Assembly (NCBI GenBank): GCA_040386535.1
Contig: JAZKFH010000009.1
Span: 160,001-224,000 of the forward strand
Direction of reading: 5' to 3'
DNA length: 64,000 nt
Source of the DNA: Myxococcota bacterium
GTDB taxonomy: Bacteria; Myxococcota_A; UBA796; SXON01
Shown: one piece after another, positions 8,674 through 18,219 of the stretch
Layout: every line of letters starts with the position of its first letter
Numbering within the stretch: position 1 is the first letter of the stretch
Program-made: the position numbers and the translations under genes
Notes under the pieces: generated by a model
Database searches by the model: none
The model's input: only the letters and a program-made list of their open reading frames with translations
Told to the model about the DNA's origin: nothing

Positions 8674-9740
8674 CACGCCGTGCCGTCGGGGCGCGGCACG
8701 CGTTGGCGCCAGAGCGCGCCGAGCACGTCCACGCCGTCGTGGAAGCGCCCGCACGCGGGGTGCTGCATGCGCCCGGGCCCGCACATGCGGGGCGCGCCGA
8801 GGTAGAGGCCGGGCAGGTCGGTCGCGACGGTGCCGAGGCGATCGCGCCACGGAGCGACGGCGGCGCGCACCTCCTCCACGTCGGTGAACGGGTGGACGAC
8901 GAGCACTCTCGGCAACGCGATGGGCGTGAAGTGGTCCGCGGGCAGCTCCAGCACCGCCCACCCGGTGCCGACCACCTTCCGCCCGGCGGCGCGCGCCAGC
9001 ATGATGCGGGCGCGGATCTGCGCGGCGTCGGCCGGATCGAGGTCGCCGCGGGGCCAACGCGCCTCGGCGGCGGCCATCCACGCGGCCGCGGCGTCGAGAT
9101 CGACGTGCCGGGCGAAGTACGCCGCGGGCGACATGCACCCGTGCCCATCGTAGAGCGCCACGTCGTCCACGGCGGCCTCGGTCAGCGCGGACACGACCCC
9201 CACGCCGAAGCGCGGCCCGAACGGGAGCCACACCACGCCCTCGGGCAGCCGCGACCGGATGGCCAACATCGCCGGCGCGCCGCCGAAGGCCATGACGCCG
9301 TCGACCTCGGCGAACGCGTCGGCCTCGGCCTCGACATCCCCCCCGCGCCACGCCCGCACCTCGATGCCGCCGATCGCGTCCGCCATCGCCTCAATGGCGG
9401 CCTCCTGTCCCGACGCGGGCTTCACGATGATGCGGACCCCGCGGGCGGCGAGGTGGAGCATCCACGGGAGCGCCGCCGTGAACACGTTGCCGCTGCACAC
9501 GATCAAGGCGGCGCGCGGCGGGGTGCCGGACACCTCGGCGGTGAGCGCGGCGGGATCGAGGTCCCCAACGGCGGCGGCCCAGCAGGCGCGCGCGTTTGGC
9601 TCCGAGAGGCCGGTGCCCCACGTGGCCGGATCGAGCGCGGCGAGGCGGGCGAGGGCATGCTCGAGGTCGACGGCGAGATCGAACCGAAGGGGGAACGACA
9701 TGTAGCGATCTAACTCGGAGAAGGAAGAACTCGTGGTCAC
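8673..9740 (-). CDS. LuxC-like acyl-CoA/acyl-protein reductase
   Basis: SGNVF, IVKPAS, AFGG, FGPRFG and YDGHGCMSP (catalytic Cys context). GTG at 9740 overlaps the upstream stop; alternative ATG at 9701. Confidence 0.78.
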   Translation of the reverse strand: MTTSSSFSELDRYMSFPLRFDLAVDLEHALARLAALDPATWGTGLSEPNARACWAAAVGDLDPAALTAEVSGTPPRAALIVCSGNVFTAALPWMLHLAARGVRIIVKPASGQEAAIEAMADAIGGIEVRAWRGGDVEAEADAFAEVDGVMAFGGAPAMLAIRSRLPEGVVWLPFGPRFGVGVVSALTEAAVDDVALYDGHGCMSPAAYFARHVDLDAAAAWMAAAEARWPRGDLDPADAAQIRARIMLARAAGRKVVGTGWAVLELPADHFTPIALPRVLVVHPFTDVEEVRAAVAPWRDRLGTVATDLPGLYLGAPRMCGPGRMQHPACGRFHDGVDVLGALWRQRVPRPDGTA

Positions 9741-10786
9741 TCGCCCGTGCCGGCGCCCCGCACCGCCGCGAGGAAGTCCTCCGCTCGCATCGAGCACCCG
9801 CGCGCCTCGGCGCCCGCGAGCCGGCCCCGGAGCGTCACGGCGTCGCCCGTCGCGGCGTGCGCCACGACGCCGAGGTCCATCGTCTCGATCGCGAGCACGC
9901 TGTCGACGTTGCAAAGGTCGACGAAGCGCAGGAGCCCCTCGCCGTCGACCGGCTCGCCGCTCATCGGGTCGACCGTGTAGACGCGCAGCCAGGGCGGCGC
10001 GACGAACGCGTCGGGGCGCTCGCCGGCGGCGACGGGTGTGGTCCACAGCTGGCTGGAGAGCTCGGTCATGCCGTACTCGCCGATGACCCGGGGCGCGCCG
10101 AGGCGCTCGGGGACCGCCGCGTAGAGCGAGGCGGCGTCGAGACGGACCTCGCGCCCCTTGAAGCCGCCCGTGACCATCACCAGGGAGTCCGCGCCCAGGG
10201 AAACGCGGCCCGGCACCGCGAACAGGGCGTCCAGCGCGAAGGCGGTCGCGGCGAGGAAGACGGGACCGTCGGCGGCGGCGGCGGCGAGCCGGGCCCACGC
10301 GTCGGGCACCACGCCCCCGCCCTGGAACAGGGGGAGGGGAGCGCCGCCGAGGCGCGCCGCGAACTGGCCGACCATGTGGCCGAGCGAGGAGTCCGCGTCC
10401 TCCGGGCACAAGGAGACGACCTGCCCGACGGGAGCCGGCGCGGGGAGGGGGACGGCGCTCTTCGCGAAGTGCCGCCACGCCCCGAGGTCGTAGAGCGTCG
10501 TGTCGCGCAAGCGGTGGACCCCGCGTACGGACCCGGTGGTGCCGCTCGTGCGGAAGGTCACGGTCGCTTGCTCGACGGGGAACGACATGAGCGTGAGGCT
10601 CTGGAACAGCGCGACCGGGACGGCGGGGATCTCGTCCACGCGGGTGGGGCGCGCGCCGTCCACGAGGGCGCGGTAGGTCGGGTTGTTCGCCACCTGCCAA
10701 TGGAACAGCTCGATCGCCAGCGCGGAGAAGTCGCCCTCCCCCGTCTCGACGAAGCGCCGGATCGCGGCGGCCGGAGGCGCGGTCAC
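9737..10786 (-). CDS. LuxE-like acyl-protein synthetase
   Basis: FHWQVANNPTY, IPAVPVALF, FRTSGTTG, TGGFKG, GEYGMTELSSQ, IETMDLG and a C-terminal GRLAGAEARGCS. Confidence 0.85.
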   Translation of the reverse strand: MTAPPAAAIRRFVETGEGDFSALAIELFHWQVANNPTYRALVDGARPTRVDEIPAVPVALFQSLTLMSFPVEQATVTFRTSGTTGSVRGVHRLRDTTLYDLGAWRHFAKSAVPLPAPAPVGQVVSLCPEDADSSLGHMVGQFAARLGGAPLPLFQGGGVVPDAWARLAAAAADGPVFLAATAFALDALFAVPGRVSLGADSLVMVTGGFKGREVRLDAASLYAAVPERLGAPRVIGEYGMTELSSQLWTTPVAAGERPDAFVAPPWLRVYTVDPMSGEPVDGEGLLRFVDLCNVDSVLAIETMDLGVVAHAATGDAVTLRGRLAGAEARGCSMRAEDFLAAVRGAGTGE

Positions 10787-12030
10787 AGGCACTCCCCCAG
10801 CGCGGCGACCGCGCCTTCGAGTTGGGCGCGCGCGATGGTCAACGGCGGCGTGAGGCCGAGCGCCTCGGCGCGCTCCCCGCACGGCAGCACGATGTAGCCA
10901 CGGTCGAGCATCTTGCGGGTGACGCCGAGGCTGTCCTCCAGGTGGACGCCCAGCATCAGCCCGCGCCCGGTGATGCCGCGCACCCCGGGCACCTGCGCGA
11001 GCGCCGCGGCGAACCGGGCGCCCTCGCTCGCGGCGCGAGCCACGATCTGCTCGCGCTCCACCACGTCGAGCACGGCGAGCGCCATCGCGCAGCCGACGGG
11101 GTTGCCCAGAAAGGTCTGGGTGTGGATGGCCTCGCCGGTCGAGGCGCCCCACGCGTCCATCGCGCGGGAGGTGCCGAGGCAGGCCGAGATCGGGAAGCCG
11201 CCGCCGAGCGCCTTGCCGAGGCAGAGCAGGTCGGGGCGCAGCTCACCCGCCGCGAGGAGGCGGCCCGAGCGCCCCAGGCCCGAGTAGATCTCGTCGTGGA
11301 TGACGAGCGCGCCCGCGGCGCGCGCCGCGGCGTGCAGCCGCTCCAGCCACCCCGCCGGCGGCTCGCGCATGCCGCCGCGGCCCTGGATGGGCTCGACGAG
11401 CACGGCGGCGTAGGGCGCGAGGTCGGGCCAATCGCCCCCGTAGGGCGCGTGGTCGACGTGGTGGCCGAGCATGTCCGCGAAAGGGCCGCGGAACGCCTCC
11501 ACGTGGTAGCCGATGGCCGCGAGCGAGGCGGCGGCGAGCCCGTGGTACCCCCCGGTGAACGCCAGCACCCGGCCGCGCCCCGTCGCGATCCGCGCCGTCT
11601 TCAGCGCCGCCTCCACCGCGTCGGACCCCGAGGAGCCGAAGATCACGCGGTCCATCCCGGTCACGGCGCAGAGGCGCTCCAGGAGCTCGATGCGGCGCAG
11701 ATCGGGGAACGCGTCGCCCATGGCGTGGGGGAGGCGGCCGAGCTGGGCCTGGCCCGCGGCGACGACCGCGGGGTGGCGATGGCCGACCGAGGCCACTCCG
11801 AAGCCCGCGCACAGGTCGACGAAGACATTCCCGTCCGCGTCGCGCACGTTGGCGCCCACGGCCTCGTCCCACACGATGGGATCGGTGTCGGCGGCGCCGA
11901 TGGACACGGCGCGGCGGGCGCGGCGCGCGGTGATCGCCGGGCACTCGTGGCGCGCCAGGCGGTCCACCCAGGCGCGGGAGGCGGGGCCGGGCACCGCGGT
12001 GCGGAGCTGGGGGAGTTCGTCGCCGGTCAC
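10783..12030 (-). CDS. Class-III PLP-dependent aminotransferase
   Basis: DGNVFVDLCAGFG, SGSDAVEAALK, GGYHG, VEPIQGRGG, DEIYSGLGRSG, GKALGGG (PLP lysine), TFLGNP; alternative start at 12066. Confidence 0.9.
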   Translation of the reverse strand: MTGDELPQLRTAVPGPASRAWVDRLARHECPAITARRARRAVSIGAADTDPIVWDEAVGANVRDADGNVFVDLCAGFGVASVGHRHPAVVAAGQAQLGRLPHAMGDAFPDLRRIELLERLCAVTGMDRVIFGSSGSDAVEAALKTARIATGRGRVLAFTGGYHGLAAASLAAIGYHVEAFRGPFADMLGHHVDHAPYGGDWPDLAPYAAVLVEPIQGRGGMREPPAGWLERLHAAARAAGALVIHDEIYSGLGRSGRLLAAGELRPDLLCLGKALGGGFPISACLGTSRAMDAWGASTGEAIHTQTFLGNPVGCAMALAVLDVVEREQIVARAASEGARFAAALAQVPGVRGITGRGLMLGVHLEDSLGVTRKMLDRGYIVLPCGERAEALGLTPPLTIARAQLEGAVAALGECL

Positions 12031-12147
12031 TGGAAACCTCGGGCCGGCCGATCTAACGCGATCCATCGGGCTCCCCGCGCCCCGCGGCGCCTCCCGGAGC
12101 GGGACTGCGCGTTTGCCCGACCCCCGCGGAGACGGTATCGTGCCGCC

Positions 12148-13593
12148 GTGTCCTGGCTCCTGCTCTTCCTTGCCTGCCATCAGCCCGTCATCGAGGTCAT
12201 TCCCGGGGTCTCGACCGCGCTCGAGGTGGTCGTCACCAACCCCACCTCGTGCGCCGCGTGTGACGGCTTCCGCGACGTAGACACGCTGCGGCTCGAGGTG
12301 AGCGTAAACGACGTCGTCGTCGAGACCGACACGTTCGCCTACCCGGACGAGGCCGTGACGCTGCCGGACCTGACCGGCTTCGGCGTCATCCGCGTCTCGT
12401 TGTTCGGCCTCGAAGAGGGCCGCGTGCTCTCCGCGGGCCGCACCGCCGAGATCGTGCTGGTGCCCGACGCCACGCTCTCCGTGCCGCTGTTGTTCCTCCC
12501 GGTCAACCGCGCCCTCGCGCTCGACGCGCCGATGTTGACCGACCGTTCGCGCCACCTCGCGCTCACGCGTCGCGACGGCTCCGTCGTGTTGATCGGCGGC
12601 GTGGATCCGCAGGGCACACGCGCCACGGCGACCACGGAGCGCTTCGATCCGGTCCTCGGCACCTTCGCCGAGTACTCCCCGTTCTCCAGCCCCGCGGTGG
12701 CGTCCCCTTCGTTCGCGACGCTCCCTGGCGGGGAGACCTTGATCGTCGGCGGCTACGCGGTGCTCGGCGGCACGCCGGTTGCGGTCGAGGACGCGGCGGT
12801 GTTCGACGACACGATGGGCACGTTCGGCGAGGCCGGGCCGTTGTCCCAGGGGCGCAACGGGCATTGCGTCGCGATGTTCCGGGAGCGCCAGGGCATCGTG
12901 CTCGGCGGGTCCGCCGGCGGCGCCGACTACCTCAAGCCCGACGAGGAGAGCGGCCTCTGGGCGTTCACCCCGCTCGACATGCGCGACTTCGACGCGGGCG
13001 CCGTGACCGGCTGCGACGTGCTGGTCGACGGGCGCGTGTTCGTGCAGGGAAGCGACGCCGCGTCCACCGGGGTGTGGGACGGCGGCAACAGCGAGCTCGA
13101 TCCGGCGGAGGCCTTCGTCGCGACGAACGAGGGCAACGCGGGAGACTTCCGGTACGTCTCGGGCGCCTCCTTGTTCCCCGAGGAGGACGGCAGCATCCGT
13201 ATCCTCGGCGGTGCCGACGTCGGGACCGGCGCGGTGTACTCGGACGGTCGGCTCTACGTCCCGGACGTGCGCCGCTTCGTCGCCGTGGGGGGCTTCGCGG
13301 AGCCCCGCTTCGCGCCGCAGGTGGCGCCCTGGATCACGCCGGGCTGGTACGCCGCGGGGTGCGGCTGGACCGACAGCACGCGCACCGTCGGCGAGGACAC
13401 CCTCGAGCTCGTCTCCCCGGTCGAGGGGGTGAGCGGCCCCGCCATCCGCCTGGACCGCGCGCGGCCCGGCTGCGGCCTGTCCGTGCTCCTCGACGGGTCG
13501 ATCCTCGTCACGGGAGGCTACGAATCGGGGAGCACGTCCGTGCTCGACGCGGCGATCGTGGTGCCGTACGTCGATCCCGCCATGGGGGGTTGA
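12148..13593 (+). CDS. Kelch-repeat lipoprotein
   Basis: MSWLLLFLAC lipobox; Kelch-like units (RSRHLALTRRDGSVVLIGG, GRNGHCVA, LLDGSILVTGG). Confidence 0.7.
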   Translation: MSWLLLFLACHQPVIEVIPGVSTALEVVVTNPTSCAACDGFRDVDTLRLEVSVNDVVVETDTFAYPDEAVTLPDLTGFGVIRVSLFGLEEGRVLSAGRTAEIVLVPDATLSVPLLFLPVNRALALDAPMLTDRSRHLALTRRDGSVVLIGGVDPQGTRATATTERFDPVLGTFAEYSPFSSPAVASPSFATLPGGETLIVGGYAVLGGTPVAVEDAAVFDDTMGTFGEAGPLSQGRNGHCVAMFRERQGIVLGGSAGGADYLKPDEESGLWAFTPLDMRDFDAGAVTGCDVLVDGRVFVQGSDAASTGVWDGGNSELDPAEAFVATNEGNAGDFRYVSGASLFPEEDGSIRILGGADVGTGAVYSDGRLYVPDVRRFVAVGGFAEPRFAPQVAPWITPGWYAAGCGWTDSTRTVGEDTLELVSPVEGVSGPAIRLDRARPGCGLSVLLDGSILVTGGYESGSTSVLDAAIVVPYVDPAMGG

Positions 13594-13638
13594 CCTCGGG
13601 CTCGGCCGGTTGTAGATGGGCGCCGCCTCGAGGTCCGG

Positions 13639-14394
13639 ATGCGCGCCTTCTCCCTGGTGGCTCTCTCCTCCCTGATGGTCTCGTTGCTCGGTGGATGTGG
13701 CTTCGGCCTCACGCCGACGCCGGACGGCTTCGTCGACGGGTCGACGCAGGACGATCCGAGCGTCCCCGCCACCGACGACACCGAGGACCCGGGCACGGAC
13801 CCGAGCGTAGACGAGACGCTCCCCGCCACGTCCGCCAACCTCGACGACACGTTGTTCGTCATCGACCGCGCGTCGATGCGGGTGACAGAGCCGCCGGGGC
13901 TCGACGCCCTGTTCGGCGAGGTCCTCGATCGGGACGTGTTCGTGTACGTCGCGGATGCGACGTCCTCCACCATCGACCTCGCGGTGACGCTGGCCGGCAC
14001 GGACGGCGAGCAGGACCTCTGCGAGGCCGTGCGCGCCTTCCCGGAGGGTGACTGGTCCGCCAACCCCGTGTTCGACGTGGGCCCGGGCGAGCTCTCCACG
14101 AGCTTCGGCGGCCACCCCGCCACGTTCCGCTCGCTCCTTCTCTCGGGTGTGTTCGACGAGTCGGGGACCGCGTGGCGGGACGGCACCCTCGCGGCCGAGC
14201 TCGACACGCGGGAGCTCGCCGCCGCGCTCGGCGATGTGGACGGGTGTGATCTCGTCGCCGACCTCGGCGGCGAATGTGTCGCGTGTGACGACGGTGTGGA
14301 GGCCTGCTTCGCGCTCCACATCGAGGGCATCATCGCCGACCGCGTCGACACGAGCTTCGACGACACGCCGGACGCCCGGGGCTGCGCGGGCTGA
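13639..14394 (+). CDS. Hypothetical acidic lipoprotein
   Basis: Signal ending in LLGGC; Asp/Thr-rich linker; C-terminal Cys cluster; GAGG RBS. Confidence 0.7.
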   Translation: MRAFSLVALSSLMVSLLGGCGFGLTPTPDGFVDGSTQDDPSVPATDDTEDPGTDPSVDETLPATSANLDDTLFVIDRASMRVTEPPGLDALFGEVLDRDVFVYVADATSSTIDLAVTLAGTDGEQDLCEAVRAFPEGDWSANPVFDVGPGELSTSFGGHPATFRSLLLSGVFDESGTAWRDGTLAAELDTRELAAALGDVDGCDLVADLGGECVACDDGVEACFALHIEGIIADRVDTSFDDTPDARGCAG

Positions 14395-14699
14395 GGCACG
14401 CGCCCCCGCGGAGCGAGCGGACGGGCCCCAGGCGACAGAAAGTGACGGAGGTGTCGGCGGACGCTTTGGCGTGGCAGGTTTGCGCCGGATGGAAGAGCGC
14501 CCCTTACAGGTGCGCATCCAGCCGTAGACGAGATAGCAAGCCTTGAGTTTCATTCTCGTGCTCCGGCTTGGATTGGGAGCACCGCGTCGTGTCGCTCCGA
14601 GGGACGGGAGGGCCATGGGGAGCCGACGATCCGCAGCCTGACGGTGTCGTAGCGGAGTCGGACCTTGTAGGATGGGAACAACCCAACCCGAGGTGCTGC

Positions 14700-15710
14700 A
14701 TGACACTCCTGGCCCTGTCCGTCCTGTCGGCCTGCTCGGACTACCAGCTCGAACGTGATCTCGTAGAGCCCGGCCCGGCCTATCCCAACGCTCCCTGGCC
14801 CCTGCCGCCCGCGCGCGTCTCCCCGGCGCCCGCCATCGAGGTCCAGCCGTCGTTCCACGACTTCGGGGAGGGCGACCCGTGGTTGTCCACCACCCAATCC
14901 GTGACGCTCACCAACGTCGGCCTCAAGCCCCTCGAGGTCGCCAACCTCCGCTACGACACGGCCTCCGTCGAGCTCGTGTTCAACGCGGACGAGGCGACCA
15001 ACGGCCAGCTCCCGTGGGTGCTCCAGCCGGGCGAGAGCCGTGTCACCCAAGTCAAGTACACGCCCATGGACGAGGGCGCGGACCAGGGCACGCTCGTGGT
15101 CGACTCGAACGATCCCGACGATCCGCGGGTGAACGCCACCCAGGTGGGCGCCGCCAAATTCACCGGCTTCACGACGGGCTGGTACATCGTCAACGACGAC
15201 ACCCCCTACGATCTGACGAGCAATTCGACCTACCGTGTCGACTACGACGGCGATCCGGACGCCTACTGGTACGAGCCGTCCGGCAACCACGGGATGACCG
15301 CCAGCGCCGACGTGGCCGCCGACTTCGCGGACCTGCGCGACTACGTCATCACCCGCGCCGGCGGGCCCACGCCCGTCACCGGCCCGCTGTCGTTCTTCGC
15401 GCCGAGCGAGCTGCCCGACATGCTCGAGGGCTCGTTCAGCTACATCCTGTGCGACTTCTGGATGGACCCGAGCGACGACCCCTCGCGCTACAGCATCTCG
15501 TCGGGTCCGGTGGACGACGGCATCCGGGTCATCGTCAACGGCGCGATCCTCGGGGAGCTGGCCTACAACCAGAGCGGGACGTGGCCGCTGACCAACGCGG
15601 TCCCCGGGCAGGTCAACACGCTCGTGGTCATCCTCATGGACAACGCGATGTGGGAAAAGTACGTGAACGACCTCGCGTTCTACAAGGACGGGGTGATGGT
15701 CGGCGGCTGA
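14700..15710 (+). CDS. Lipoprotein with Ig-like (ASH/choice-of-anchor-D-like) domain
   Basis: LSAC lipobox; HDFGE...VTLTNVG...LQPGES...YTP...GTLVVDSNDPD pattern; GAGGT RBS. Confidence 0.7.
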   Translation: MTLLALSVLSACSDYQLERDLVEPGPAYPNAPWPLPPARVSPAPAIEVQPSFHDFGEGDPWLSTTQSVTLTNVGLKPLEVANLRYDTASVELVFNADEATNGQLPWVLQPGESRVTQVKYTPMDEGADQGTLVVDSNDPDDPRVNATQVGAAKFTGFTTGWYIVNDDTPYDLTSNSTYRVDYDGDPDAYWYEPSGNHGMTASADVAADFADLRDYVITRAGGPTPVTGPLSFFAPSELPDMLEGSFSYILCDFWMDPSDDPSRYSISSGPVDDGIRVIVNGAILGELAYNQSGTWPLTNAVPGQVNTLVVILMDNAMWEKYVNDLAFYKDGVMVGG

Positions 15711-15783
15711 CCGCCAGCGAACGTACGGCGGTTTCGCGGAGGGTCATTCGAAGTGTCGCTCGAAAAGGCGGTATCCTTTCGCA

Positions 15784-16566
15784 ATGACGCTCCTCGTTCT
15801 CCTTGCCTGCAACGATCCGAAGGAAGCCGCGCCCGAGTTCTCGGACGCGGCGCGGTACGGCCTCGAGCACTTCGACGACCCCGAGGAGGACGCGCTCGCC
15901 GCGCCCATCCTGGCGCTCGAGGCCGAGATCGACAGCTCGCTGGAGATGACCTCCGACGTGTCGGCCGACCGCGCGCTCTCCCTGGAGGTGCTCACCGGCG
16001 AGGAGATCGAGGGCATCACGCACCCGGACCGTGACCCCGGCCTGGCGATCCCCCCCGTGGCGCTCGCGCGCAACTCGGACTTCGCCATCGCGAGCCACGT
16101 GGCGGTCGCGATGCGCGACGACCTGTCGCCGATGGAGCCGAACTCGCCGGACCTGTACGCGCGCACGCTGACCGACGGGGCCGACTGCTGGGCGGAGCAC
16201 GAGTGCGTGTTCCTCCGCACGCAGAACGACGTCAACAAGACGAACTTCCTGATGGACGTGACCTACCGCCTCGACAAGGACTACCGCTGGGCGGACCTCG
16301 GGGACGGCCGCCTCGCGCTCGCGGCGCGCTCCTGGATGCCGGAGCCCGGCTTCGGGGACGACGGCGGGACGACCATCTGGCAGTCCTACACGTTCGAGAT
16401 CTGGGTCCCGCGGGACGGCGACACCACGCTGCGGATGATGGCCGTCTGGTCGGAGTCCGAGTTCTCGGTGCAGCCCAGCGAGGACACGGTCGAGAGCGTG
16501 CAGCTCGTCGGGATCGACGACATCTTCAAGGCGCACGACGAGTGGATGGCGGAGAACGGCGGGTAG
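15784..16566 (+). CDS. Hypothetical lipoprotein
   Basis: MTLLVLLAC signal; clean high-GC3 ORF. Confidence 0.7.
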   Translation: MTLLVLLACNDPKEAAPEFSDAARYGLEHFDDPEEDALAAPILALEAEIDSSLEMTSDVSADRALSLEVLTGEEIEGITHPDRDPGLAIPPVALARNSDFAIASHVAVAMRDDLSPMEPNSPDLYARTLTDGADCWAEHECVFLRTQNDVNKTNFLMDVTYRLDKDYRWADLGDGRLALAARSWMPEPGFGDDGGTTIWQSYTFEIWVPRDGDTTLRMMAVWSESEFSVQPSEDTVESVQLVGIDDIFKAHDEWMAENGG

Positions 16567-16591
16567 CTGTTTCGCGAGGCGTCGGTGGCCT

Positions 16592-16690
16592 GCCGGGAAG
16601 GCACCGACGAGAACCGCAGCCGGGGCCCCCGGCGGTTCCCCCCAAGGGGCCCCACCGCCGGACCCGGCTGCACGTCGGTGCCTTCCCGGC
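16592..16690. repeat. Nested inverted repeat forming a ~100-nt rod-like hairpin between convergent genes
   Basis: Perfect 18-bp arms at 16592-16609 and 16673-16690; inner stems at 16616-16624/16663-16671 and 16629-16636/16654-16661. Confidence 0.8.
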
Positions 16691-16794
16691 CGGGGGGACC
16701 GTCGCGGCACGTCGGGCGCGGCCCGGGGTTCTCCGTCCCCAGTCATTGCCCTTGAAACGAGGGGAGGGGAGAGGAGGGGAAAGGGAGGCGGCGG

Positions 16795-18219
16795 CTAGCC
16801 GAGCGCCGTCAACAGCTTCGCGTGCATGCCGCCGAAGCCGCCGTTCGACAAGATCGCGAGCACGTCCCAGGGCAGGGCGTTGGCGGCGGTGACCGCTACG
16901 ATCTCCTCGACCTCGGCGTAGTGGAAGGCTTCGTGGCCGCGGGCGCGGAGCTTCTCGACGAGGCGGGCGCTGTCGAAGCGCTCGTCCTCGGGGATGCGGG
17001 ACTGGTCGTGCGGGTGCGCGATGACGACGACGTCGGCGGCGTCGAAGGCGCCCGCGTAGGCCTCCTGGAACACCGCGCGGCGGGAGGTGGCGCTGCGGGG
17101 CTCGAAGATCGCCCAGATGCGGCGCTTGCCGTAGCGGAGGCGGAGGGCTTCGAGGGTGACCTTCACGGCGGTCGGGTGGTGGGCGAAGTCGTCCAGGACG
17201 GTGATGCGGCGCGGCTCGCCGATGACCTCCTGGCGGCGCTTGACGCCGCCGAAGCTCGCGAAGCCGACCGCGAGCGCCTCGGGGGTGAGGCCCTCGCGCT
17301 CCAGCGCGGCCACGGCGGCGACCTGGTTGTAGAGGTTGTGCTCGCCGACGAGGGAGCTCTCGAAGCGGCCCCAGGGGTTGCCGTCGCGCAGGACCGTGAA
17401 GGTCATCACGCCGCGCTCGGTGTCGACGCCCTCGATGCGGCCGTCCCACTGCTGGCCGACGCCGTACTTGCGCACCTCGCACGTGGCGCCGCCGCACACG
17501 TCACGCACGTCGTCGTGGTCCCAGCGCGCGACGATGAGGCCGTCCTCGGGAACGATGGACACGAGCTTGCGGAAGCTCTCCTTCACGTGGTCGAGATCCC
17601 GGTAGATGTCGGCGTGGTCGAACTCCACGCTCGTGATCAGCGCGGTGCGGGGCCGGTAGTGGAGGAACTTGGGGCCCTTGTCGAAGAAGGCGGTGTCGTA
17701 CTCGTCGCCCTCGATGGCGAACGTGTCGCCGGTGCCGGTGCGGGCGGTGCGCTCGAAGTTCTTCATGCGCCCGCCGACGAGGAACCCGGGGCCCTTGCCG
17801 GCGGCTTCGAGCAGCCACGCGGTCAGGGCGGTGGTCGTCGTCTTGCCGTGGGTGCCCGCCACGACGATGCTGCGGCGGTCCTTGAGGAACATCGCGCCGA
17901 GGAGCTGGGGAAACGAGCAATAGAGCAGGTCGGAGGCGAGGAGCGCCTGGGCCTCCTCATAGTCGGCGCGGATGACGTTGCCGACGACGACGAGCTCCGG
18001 CTTGTGGGCGAGGTTCTTGGCGTTGTAGCCGAGCATCACCTCGATCCCGAGCGACGCGAGGTAGTCGCTCATCGGCGGGTACACGCCCGTGTCCGAGCCG
18101 GTCACGGCGTAGCCGGCGTCGACGAGCATGCCCGCGAGCGCGGCCATGGCGGTGCCGCCGATGCCCATGACGTGGATGCGCTTGAGGTCGGCGGGGAGGT
18201 CACCGGTGAGGAGCGGCAT
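16795..18219 (-). CDS. mpl: UDP-N-acetylmuramate:L-alanyl-gamma-D-glutamyl-meso-diaminopimelate ligase
   Basis: GIGGTAM, AGTHGKTTT, EGDEYDTAFFDKGPKFLHY, EFDHADIY, DDFAHHPTA, FEPRSAT, SNGGFGG. Confidence 0.9.
   Translation of the reverse strand: MPLLTGDLPADLKRIHVMGIGGTAMAALAGMLVDAGYAVTGSDTGVYPPMSDYLASLGIEVMLGYNAKNLAHKPELVVVGNVIRADYEEAQALLASDLLYCSFPQLLGAMFLKDRRSIVVAGTHGKTTTTALTAWLLEAAGKGPGFLVGGRMKNFERTARTGTGDTFAIEGDEYDTAFFDKGPKFLHYRPRTALITSVEFDHADIYRDLDHVKESFRKLVSIVPEDGLIVARWDHDDVRDVCGGATCEVRKYGVGQQWDGRIEGVDTERGVMTFTVLRDGNPWGRFESSLVGEHNLYNQVAAVAALEREGLTPEALAVGFASFGGVKRRQEVIGEPRRITVLDDFAHHPTAVKVTLEALRLRYGKRRIWAIFEPRSATSRRAVFQEAYAGAFDAADVVVIAHPHDQSRIPEDERFDSARLVEKLRARGHEAFHYAEVEEIVAVTAANALPWDVLAILSNGGFGGMHAKLLTALG

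Noticed and set aside
8673..10786. Bioluminescence (lux) operon
   Set aside because: No luxA, luxB, luxD or luxG homologue in the window.
10783..14706. 1307-aa ORF on the minus strand
   Set aside because: Only the last ~415 aa (the aminotransferase) are real. The rest is antisense shadow of plus-strand lipoprotein genes in high-GC DNA.
16573..16735. SRP RNA, 6S RNA, RNase P RNA or tmRNA
   Set aside because: The diagnostic motifs (SRP GGAA/AGCAG loop, RNase P GAGGAAAGTCC, tRNA-like ends) were not found; kept only as an unclassified structure.
16795..18219. murC
   Set aside because: FFDKGPKFLHY, EPRSAT and SNGGFGG fit Mpl better, and there is no dcw-cluster context.
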